This document shows, piece by piece, positions 8,792 through 16,062 of a DNA stretch of 36,623 nt. The stretch's first letter is position 1, and every line of letters starts with the position of its first letter. The notes beneath the pieces were generated by a model. That model saw only the letters and a list, made by a program, of their open reading frames with translations, ran no database searches and was not told the DNA's origin. Location of the stretch: sequence record DRR378314_658. The stretch is one strand, 5' to 3'. The translations under genes and the position numbers were made by a program.

Positions 8792-10647
8792 CCGCGATCC
8801 CGCTCTGCATCATGCAGGAAAGCCAGAAGACGCATGTTGAATTCATCAGGTTTGTTGAAAAACGGCGCATGTTTGCCACCCGGAATATCCTGGGGGATGC
8901 CCCGCCACAGGTTTCCATAGCGCAGACGCGCGATGTAATCGTGGTTCAGGAACGGGTCATCGCTTCCACTCAAGAGTGCGAAAGGAAATTTGCCTTGGCT
9001 GAGCATGCGCATCTGCCTTGGCCAGTCGATGATGCCCAGCTTACCAATCATATACAGCCGTGCCCGACCGTCGGTTCGACGCAAATTACGATGGAGGAAG
9101 GCAGAGTCTTCGGATACCGGTGCGGTCGCGCTGTTCCCAAAATCGGATGCCTCTTGTCGTGAAAAGTACTGTTTACTCGCCAGCACAAGATGGGAGTCAG
9201 GGTTGTAGCCCCGTCCGAAATCAATCGGTACCTGATTGAGGGGCGGGGTTCCGGCAATTGCCAAGGCCTGCACCTCGACATTCGCCCGCGCAGCCAGCTC
9301 AAGGCCCACATACCCGCCAAGCGACCATCCAATTACGCGGACATCCGCCACATTGCTGTCCTCCAGAACGGCCTCTGCAATCTCGGCATAGGCGGCAATG
9401 TTGTAGGCTGTTTCCGGATCACCATTCGACGACACACCATGCCCGGGAAAATCAAAGGAGATCACGCGGTACATGTCGCGAAAGGCGTGGAATTGTTTGT
9501 AAAATGCTTCTTTACAGGCAGAGTTACCATGCAGGAACAACAGCGCGGGTTTCCCTTTGTCACCGGTATCTGCGATGGCAATCAATCCATGCCGTGTTTC
9601 GATGAAGCGTTCTTTAGCGTTCAAACGATCTTCCCGCGCCCGGACCTCGCGTCTACGCCAGCGGGCCAAAAGGGATGTGCGCAGCGCATCTACGGCTTCA
9701 CGGAGTTCTTGCACCGCAGCCCAAAGACCACCGGGATAGAACACCACAACAAGAATAATGGCTGAAGCAATGATGATGTTTTGCCACGCACCAAAGCCAG
9801 CTAGCCATTCGGAGAGCACTGAAATGACAAAGGCAGCAATTACAGGCCCCCAGATAGTGCCGGTTCCGCCGACCAGCAGGATCGACAGCAACACCGTCAA
9901 AAACCCGATGCCAAACGCATCCGGCGAAGCGACCCGCAGGTAGGCCGCGTAAAATGCACCGGCCATCCCGGTGAAAACGGCACTTGCCATCAATGTCAGC
10001 GCGCGCGTTCGCGCCTCGGATACGCCACGGGCAATAGCGTAGTATTTGTTGTCCCGCAGCGCCACAATGGCCCGGCCAAGGCGCGAGCGTGTGAGCAGAT
10101 ACAGAAATGCCAGGTTCGCCACCAGCAATCCCAACCCCACAAAATAATATCCGATCCGTCCATCCTTGGACAAACGATAGTCGCCGATTTTCAAGGTCGG
10201 CAGCGTCACCATGCCCGAGGTTCCGCCGGTAACATCAGACCACGAAATCACAATAAAATAGATCAATTGGCTGAGCGCGATGGTCACAAGGATCACGTAA
10301 ATGCCGTCCAGCCGCAGCACAGGAAGAGAGATCAGTAGCGCAACCAGTGCGGCAGTGCCGCCGCCCGCAAGGATCGACAGCCACGGCGAAAACCCCAGTG
10401 TCTTCGCCAGAATGGAATAGGTGTAGATGCCGACAGCAAACAGGCCCACATGGGCAAAGTTAAATAGGCCACCGTAGCCCAGACTCAGATCCCAGCTTGT
10501 TGCAACGATGGCAAAGACAAAAGCCAGGATGATCACATGCCGGAAATAGGTAGCCTCGAACACAAACGGATAAGCGATCAGCGCGGCCAGAGCGATCAGC
10601 AGGGGCACAAGGCCTTGCGTCTTGTGAAGCGGGGGGTCGTACCGCAT
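8725..10647 (-). CDS. LivM-type ABC permease fused to a C-terminal alpha/beta-hydrolase (AidH-like, candidate AHL lactonase)
   Basis: N-terminal part: LSLGYGGLFNFAH, LRLDGIY, TGGTSG, SRLGRAIVALRDN, VGGTGTIWGP. C-terminal part (about 9615-8800): FLHGNS, DFPGHG, GWSLGG, GTPP, RTDGRAR, GSDDPF, GNLW-G, KHAPF. One uninterrupted frame. Confidence 0.9.
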   Translation of the reverse strand: MRYDPPLHKTQGLVPLLIALAALIAYPFVFEATYFRHVIILAFVFAIVATSWDLSLGYGGLFNFAHVGLFAVGIYTYSILAKTLGFSPWLSILAGGGTAALVALLISLPVLRLDGIYVILVTIALSQLIYFIVISWSDVTGGTSGMVTLPTLKIGDYRLSKDGRIGYYFVGLGLLVANLAFLYLLTRSRLGRAIVALRDNKYYAIARGVSEARTRALTLMASAVFTGMAGAFYAAYLRVASPDAFGIGFLTVLLSILLVGGTGTIWGPVIAAFVISVLSEWLAGFGAWQNIIIASAIILVVVFYPGGLWAAVQELREAVDALRTSLLARWRRREVRAREDRLNAKERFIETRHGLIAIADTGDKGKPALLFLHGNSACKEAFYKQFHAFRDMYRVISFDFPGHGVSSNGDPETAYNIAAYAEIAEAVLEDSNVADVRVIGWSLGGYVGLELAARANVEVQALAIAGTPPLNQVPIDFGRGYNPDSHLVLASKQYFSRQEASDFGNSATAPVSEDSAFLHRNLRRTDGRARLYMIGKLGIIDWPRQMRMLSQGKFPFALLSGSDDPFLNHDYIARLRYGNLWRGIPQDIPGGKHAPFFNKPDEFNMRLLAFLHDAERDRGDEKENTREIDREIDRDPGLGH

Positions 10648-10648
10648 A

Positions 10649-11536
10649 TCAGAGCGTCCTTTGATGGTTGCCAAGCAACCCTTCGGGCTTGAGCAGCAGC
10701 ACAACAATCATGGTTATAAACAGCACCGCGGGTGCCCAGTAGAGACCCAAAACGTAGATTGAAAACGCTTCCAGCATGCCGATGATAAAGGCGGCATAAA
10801 GTGGGCTGGAGAACCGCGCGACCCCACCAAAAATCACCACGATCAGAGCTTTCATAAGCGGCTCCGTACCCATCTCAGGGTTCATGAAACGGATTGTGCC
10901 CACGAATACACCAGCCAGGCCCGCCGTCGCAGCCGACAGGCCGAAGGCAATGGCGAAATAAAGCTGCACGTTCAACCCCAGGAGCTCGGCCGCCTCGCGG
11001 TTCTGCGATACCGCCCGCATAATGCGTCCGGGTCGCGCATAGCGCAGAAATAGTCCGAGCCCCAGCAAGATCGCCAGAACCAGCGCCAGAAGGATAATCT
11101 CGCTTGTGGCCAGGCTGATTTGGCCCAAGGCAACCTCTCCGCTGCCCAGAGACGGAATTTGCTTTGACCGCGGCCCCCAGATCAACAGCAGCCCATTTTC
11201 CAGAATGGCTGACGCTGCCAAGGTTGTGATAACCGAGATCAGGACCACATCCGCGCGCCGCTCGAAGGGTTTGACCAGCAAAAAATACATCAAGGCGCCG
11301 ACGGCAAACATCACTGCCAAGGTCAGCAGGATTGCCGGAAAGAGCGGCAAGCCCCAAGCATCCACGCTTGAAAACTGCCAGGCGATATAGGCCCCAAGCG
11401 CAATAAACGCCCCATGTGCGAAATTGAAAATGCCAAGTGTCGTCCAGACCAACGACAGCCCGGTCGCCATCAGCGCATAGAGCGCACCCAGGACAATGCC
11501 ACCTTGCAGGACTGAAGAAAGTGTTGCTGCATCCAT
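10649..11536 (-). CDS. livH: LivH-type branched-chain amino acid-family ABC permease
   Basis: GALYALMATGLSLVW, FNFAHG, GRIMRAVSQNREAAELLG, KPEGLLG. Confidence 0.92.
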   Translation of the reverse strand: MDAATLSSVLQGGIVLGALYALMATGLSLVWTTLGIFNFAHGAFIALGAYIAWQFSSVDAWGLPLFPAILLTLAVMFAVGALMYFLLVKPFERRADVVLISVITTLAASAILENGLLLIWGPRSKQIPSLGSGEVALGQISLATSEIILLALVLAILLGLGLFLRYARPGRIMRAVSQNREAAELLGLNVQLYFAIAFGLSAATAGLAGVFVGTIRFMNPEMGTEPLMKALIVVIFGGVARFSSPLYAAFIIGMLEAFSIYVLGLYWAPAVLFITMIVVLLLKPEGLLGNHQRTL

Positions 11537-12315
11537 CAGTGATATTCCCCGAACAAGAGCGCCATCAACCCGTCATGGTCTGGCATTTCGGCATGGGTCA
11601 TGCGGCCTGAAATACGCCCGTGGTCGAACAGATAAAGCGTGTCGATGATCTGTTCGAGAAACCCAACATCTTGATCAATCAGAATGATTGGCATTCCAGT
11701 TTTTCGCACTGTCAGAATTGCATCGCACAGTTCCTGCCGGATTTTTGGTGACAGACCAAGCGTGGGTTCATCAAGGATCAGCAGGCGCGGCGCTGAGAGC
11801 AAGCCAGCGGCAACCGAGACCATCTGCCGCTCTCCTCCAGACAGGAATCGGATCTTGTGATCGCCCCGTTCTGCGACGCACGGGAATAGCCCGCGGACCT
11901 GTTCCAAGCTCCAACCCTCTCGCCCTTTGGCCGCTCCGGAAGAGATTGACAGCGTTTCGCCAACTGTCAGTTCGGGGAACAAGAGGTTGCCTTGCTGAAC
12001 GTGGATCAAACCGGCGCGCGCCACGGTCTTGGGGTCCATACGCCTGCGCGTGACCGCGTCATAGTTGAAGTTGCGCCATTTGCGGCTGCCCCGTTCGCCC
12101 ACGCGATTCATCAGCTCACCGTGAAATCGGATGGAGCCTGACCATGGGTCGATCAGGCCACTCAGCGTTTTCAGGAACGTGGTCTTACCGTGACCATTCG
12201 GGCCAAAAATGCCGATGCTCTCACCTTTGTGCAAAACCAGATCAATGTCCTGAAATATCTGCACAGGATCATATCCGCCTGAAAGGTTTTCGACCTGAAG
12301 CGCGGGATCAGACAT
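11536..12315 (-). CDS. livF: LivF-type ABC ATPase with a basic insertion of about 20 aa
   Basis: Walker A GPNGHGKTT, LSGGERQM, LLILDEPTLGLSP; ATG 12315 overlaps the livG end. Confidence 0.9.
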   Translation of the reverse strand: MSDPALQVENLSGGYDPVQIFQDIDLVLHKGESIGIFGPNGHGKTTFLKTLSGLIDPWSGSIRFHGELMNRVGERGSRKWRNFNYDAVTRRRMDPKTVARAGLIHVQQGNLLFPELTVGETLSISSGAAKGREGWSLEQVRGLFPCVAERGDHKIRFLSGGERQMVSVAAGLLSAPRLLILDEPTLGLSPKIRQELCDAILTVRKTGMPIILIDQDVGFLEQIIDTLYLFDHGRISGRMTHAEMPDHDGLMALLFGEYH

Positions 12316-13045
12316 ATGCACCCCCCAGATAGGCTTCGACCACCTCCGGGTCTTTGATGACATCACCCGGCAGCCCCTGCGCAATGACCTGCCCCTGATC
12401 GAGAACCAGAAGCGTGTCTGACACCTCCATCAGCAGCGAGAGCACATGTTCGATGAGCACAATCGCGATCCCCTCTCCGCGTATGGCTAGGATCACCTCT
12501 TTCATGTTGTCAATTTCGGGCCCGGTCAGGCTGGAGGCCGGTTCGTCCATCAACAGCACACGTGGCTTTAGTGCCAGTGAGGAGGCGATCATCAACAACT
12601 TGCGGTAATAAACGGGTAAATTGCCCGCCAACATGTTGTGCATTGTGGGCGGATACCCGACTAGGTCGAGCATCTTTTCCGCCCGCGCGACTTTCTGCGG
12701 AAAGCCCAAAGCCCGCGCCTGGCTTTCGACAGCAACCAGCACATTGTCTATCGCGCTGAGGGCGGAAAAGACGTTTTCGCGCTGAAAGGTGCGTCCAATA
12801 CCGGCAAGAGCAATAGCATCGGCACGCAACCTGTGCATCTCGCGCCCTTCGAGCGTCACTGATCCAGCGGTAGCCCCGAAGGGGACGCGCGTAATGATAT
12901 TGAACAGCGTGCTCTTGCCACTGCCGTTGGGGCCAGCGATCCCGAAAATTTGCCCCGACGTCACATCAAAGCTCACATCCTGAACGGCTTGCAAACCGCC
13001 AAAACGCTTGGACATGCCGCGTACGGATAGGATGGGTTCTGTCAT
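12308..13045 (-). CDS. livG: LivG-type ABC ATPase
   Basis: KRFGGLQAV, GPNGSGKST, GIGRTFQ, LLMDEP, IEH, C-terminal VVEAYLG. Confidence 0.92.
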   Translation of the reverse strand: MTEPILSVRGMSKRFGGLQAVQDVSFDVTSGQIFGIAGPNGSGKSTLFNIITRVPFGATAGSVTLEGREMHRLRADAIALAGIGRTFQRENVFSALSAIDNVLVAVESQARALGFPQKVARAEKMLDLVGYPPTMHNMLAGNLPVYYRKLLMIASSLALKPRVLLMDEPASSLTGPEIDNMKEVILAIRGEGIAIVLIEHVLSLLMEVSDTLLVLDQGQVIAQGLPGDVIKDPEVVEAYLGGAYV

Positions 13046-13062
13046 GTCTGGAAAATCCTGTT

Positions 13063-13097
13063 TGCGCCCGCCGGACCAAAAGAGGTGGCGGGGCGCA
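13063..13097 (-). other. Imperfect GC-rich stem-loop after the binding-protein gene (possible mRNA stabiliser or attenuator)
   Basis: TGCGCCCGCC ... GGCGGGGCGCA in the SBP-livG spacer. Confidence 0.4.
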
Positions 13098-13103
13098 CTG
13101 CTT

Positions 13104-14345
13104 TTATTTTTCAGAAATCCAGGGCGGCAGGCGGAATTCACCATTGGCATAGATATCCGGGCCAACCATGACGCGCTCGCCATCCCAAAGCTGCCAGAAC
13201 GACACCGGGATGTAGTCATTGCTTTGCAGCGCTACATGGGTTTCAGGATCAAACTCCACATTGCCCGCGGCTGTTGCGACCTTGGTTTCGCCAATGGCCA
13301 CACCGATGCCGTCGTGATCGGTCGGATCGCCCACTTTCTCCAATGCAGTGAAGTACATGTTGGTCATCTCATAGAGGCCGACACCGTAAGCACCGGAATC
13401 GAAACCAAACTTATCGCGATACTGCTGCATCAGTTCCTTTCCACGTGGCCATTTTGGGGAATCCAGCGGTCCGTTGATCAGGTTGTAGAGAACACCGTTG
13501 GACTGTTCGCCGGTCAGCTCGACAAATTCCGGCACCGATGGCGCATATTGCAGGAACATCAGGCTATCGGTCGGGTTTTCCAGAAACTGTTTTAGGAACA
13601 GTGCCGAATTGCCGGGGATGTAATCCGTGTTGATTACCAGATCGGGGTTCGCCTGGTTCACCTTTGCAAGGATCACTTTCCAATCGCTCACCTCGCCAAA
13701 CGGGACCAATTCGTCAACAACAACATCCCAACCACCTTCGGAGAAACTGATTTTCATCCCCTCGGAAATCGTCTTGGAATAAGGGTTGTCCGAACTGATG
13801 ATCGCGACGGTTTTGCCGTCGATGCTGACCTTTCCGGCGTCCGCAAGCTCTTGAACCATTGGCAAAACGTCGGTCTCATAGCCCTTGAACGACGCCGTGT
13901 AGGACCAGCAACAGTTGTATGCATCTGGGTCCTGGCTGACGATGGCGGCAAATCCCGGACTGGGGCCTGCAGCAATGTAGGGCATGTTCTCTTCGGCCAT
14001 CAGATCGACCTCGAACATAGAAAGAGACGCGTAGCCCGTCAGGATCACCTCGACCCCGTCGGTCCCAAGCAGGCGCTCAACCGCGCTGGAGACGTTGGCC
14101 GCAGAGTGGTCCTTGACGTCCGCCACTTCGATTTCGAATGTGTAGCCCGCGACACCGCCCTTGGCATTCGCTTCTTCTACCGCCCATTCCACACCGCGAA
14201 TGAATTCCTCACCATCCGAGGCGGTCGCGCCGGTCAAAGGTGCCAGGACACCGATTTTTGTTATTTCCGCCGAGGCAGCCCCCAGCGTCATCAAAGTGAA
14301 GCAGGTCGCCAAACCCGTTGATCGAAGCAGTTGGCTCTGCGCCAT
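13104..14345 (-). CDS. LivJ/K-type (type I periplasmic) ABC substrate-binding protein
   Basis: Signal peptide ending AASA, KIGVLAPLTG, EANAKGGVAG; SD GGGAGG before ATG 14345. Confidence 0.9.
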   Translation of the reverse strand: MAQSQLLRSTGLATCFTLMTLGAASAEITKIGVLAPLTGATASDGEEFIRGVEWAVEEANAKGGVAGYTFEIEVADVKDHSAANVSSAVERLLGTDGVEVILTGYASLSMFEVDLMAEENMPYIAAGPSPGFAAIVSQDPDAYNCCWSYTASFKGYETDVLPMVQELADAGKVSIDGKTVAIISSDNPYSKTISEGMKISFSEGGWDVVVDELVPFGEVSDWKVILAKVNQANPDLVINTDYIPGNSALFLKQFLENPTDSLMFLQYAPSVPEFVELTGEQSNGVLYNLINGPLDSPKWPRGKELMQQYRDKFGFDSGAYGVGLYEMTNMYFTALEKVGDPTDHDGIGVAIGETKVATAAGNVEFDPETHVALQSNDYIPVSFWQLWDGERVMVGPDIYANGEFRLPPWISEK

Positions 14346-14446
14346 TCGCTTACCCTCCCATTTTGAGTTGTTTTCGTTTGACGCATCACGGTGCGACGGA
14401 GGCGGGAAGTTCACAACTGGCAAATCTTGCAATATGGATACCTTTA

Positions 14447-14468
14447 CCCCTACACTTTCACGTAGGGG
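14447..14468. promoter_or_regulatory. Lux-box-shaped palindrome in the divergent promoter region
   Basis: CCCCTAC-ACTTTCAC-GTAGGGG; the inner 20 bp fit NNCT-N12-AGNN. Confidence 0.6.
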
Positions 14469-14471
14469 GAT

Positions 14472-14487
14472 GTCTGCCGGGGCAGAC
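14472..14487. promoter_or_regulatory. Second short palindrome upstream of luxR
   Basis: GTCTGCC-GG-GGCAGAC. Confidence 0.35.
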
Positions 14488-14506
14488 CATAGTAGTGAGT
14501 CTTTCC

Positions 14507-15232
14507 ATGCCGAAGCTTGGTGAAATCAACGACTACGATGCGCCTTGGCCCAAAATGTGGGAAGGTTTTGAGGCCGGAATCGTCGACTTTCTGAAAAAAT
14601 TTGACCTGAGCTACTACAGCTATGTTCAGATCCAGAATTCGCAAACGCAACCGATCTCGGGCACGATTGATTTCAAAGCGAACTACGAGCCTGAATGGAT
14701 CAGTCGATACTGCAACCGCAGATACGATCAGGTTGATCCAGTCTGCCACTTGGCCAAGCGCGCGCGATCCCCGTTTTGTTGGGGCACCAAACAGTTTCTT
14801 TCCGCCTTTCCAAAACAACAAAGGCAGGTGTTCTGGGAAGGTCGTGACTATGGCATCTACTACGGTCTCTCGATTCCTGTGCGTGGTATAGACGGGCAAG
14901 TTAGTGTTGTTTCGTTCACAGGGAAAAGCAGAAAATCCTTGGGCGACGTGATCCACGACCAAGGGTCCAAGCTTCACGTCGCAGCCTATCAGATTTGCGA
15001 CTATCTAACGCCAAAATTGGAGCCGGAAACACTCCAGGCATCTTTGCTAACAATTCGCGAACGAGAGTGCCTTATCTGGGTATCACAGGGACTTACCAGC
15101 GAAGAAATCGCTGAACGTATTTTTTTGTCCGTGTCGACGGTTAACTATCATTTAGGCAATGTCGTACGTAAACTTGACGCCAGGAACCGGCATCATGCCG
15201 CTCTGTTAGCCTTGTCTCGGCGTCTCATCTGA
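14507..15232 (+). CDS. LuxR-family quorum-sensing regulator (autoinducer-binding domain + HTH), no luxI in the window
   Basis: NYEPEWISRY, VDPV, PFCW, YGLSIP (TraR W57/Y61/D70/P71/W85/G113 equivalents); LTIRERECLIWVSQGLTSEEIA HTH; start codon uncertain. Confidence 0.9.
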   Translation: MPKLGEINDYDAPWPKMWEGFEAGIVDFLKKFDLSYYSYVQIQNSQTQPISGTIDFKANYEPEWISRYCNRRYDQVDPVCHLAKRARSPFCWGTKQFLSAFPKQQRQVFWEGRDYGIYYGLSIPVRGIDGQVSVVSFTGKSRKSLGDVIHDQGSKLHVAAYQICDYLTPKLEPETLQASLLTIRERECLIWVSQGLTSEEIAERIFLSVSTVNYHLGNVVRKLDARNRHHAALLALSRRLI

Positions 15233-15283
15233 CCAGTTTCGAGAATTGGTAGGATCCTTCTGTTGTTTGATTTTGCCCTACAA

Positions 15284-15351
15284 CTCAATGACTGAAGCTT
15301 GGATCACCATCTATTTCGCCGTCGGTCTCACGCTTGTTTTCCTCCTCCTCG
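15284..15351 (+). repeat. Diverged 68-bp direct repeat, right copy (partner 8724-8791)
   Basis: CTCAATGACTGAAGCTTGGATCACCATCTAT... versus CTCAATGACCCAAGCCTGGGTCACGATCTAT... Confidence 0.75.
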
Positions 15352-15409
15352 GTCCTGCGCCACAACATACAAAACACGCTGTTCGTGCTTTGAGCGCCGT
15401 GCTTCACGT

Positions 15410-15740
15410 TCACCCGTACAGACTGACGCGCCCAGAAAACCTGATCAACAATGTTGATGCCCTTTTCTTCAACAAGGACAAAAAAAAGGCAGAATTGTCG
15501 AGCCACTGTGGGTCGGCGTCAGGGGTCTGTTGCGCATACGGATTGAAGCCTTCGTGTAGTGATCGAAGCTTCCAAGGCCCCGTCCCGGCAAATGCTTCTA
15601 TGAGGGCGGCTCGAAGTGCTTCCAGCATTTAGTCTGTTGCGGGGCCGTCTTAGAGCGCTGCCATGATGCGAAGCTGATCTAAGAAACTGTCTGCGTTCAC
15701 CGGGGGGACTCTAAACGATACCTGAAAGCAATCTAGGGTG
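15410..15740 (-). pseudogene. Possible decayed gene remnant, family not recognised
   Basis: One frame reads ...DSFLDQLRIMAAL*DGPATD*MLEALRAALIEAFAGTGPWKLRSLHEGF... across two TAA codons; protein-like composition only. Confidence 0.3.
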
Positions 15741-15768
15741 GAAAAAGAACCTCGACAAATCAGGTAAA

Positions 15769-15915
15769 CAGACCTTCGTGCATAGGTGGCAAAATAGCGT
15801 TTTGTCCGCGATCCAGACGTCAACAAGGGCCCGATCTCGCGGCTGCAGCGAATGGCCGGTATGATGGGCCGCGGCGCAGCAGTTCGATCCAATGGGCAAC
15901 GGCAGCTTTGGGCCG
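15769..15915 (+). repeat. Cluster of degenerate intergenic repeats: sub-type C (15769-15809) and 65-bp sub-type B (15851-15915)
   Basis: C is 30/41 identical to 36559-36599; B (AATGGC...GCCGCGGCGCAGC...AACGGCAGCTTTGGGCCG) matches 18119-18183 and 23498-23562. Confidence 0.7.
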
Positions 15916-16062
15916 TTCTGCGTAGATAGTTCTTTGACAGTGCAGGGGCGTTGCTGTGGCTTCCCGGAGGTCTTCAAAGAGTCTAAAAGTGAGTTTGTTA
16001 CGAAACTTACAAACGTCTGTTTTTGGCGTGGTTATCCGTTACACGAACGCTATCCCAAACCA

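Noticed and set aside
14507-15232. Plant-responsive LuxR solo subfamily (OryR/PipR type, also found near ABC transporters and hydrolases)
   Set aside because: That subfamily has substitutions at the W57/Y61 positions; both are canonical here, and the hydrolase resembles AidH rather than a proline iminopeptidase
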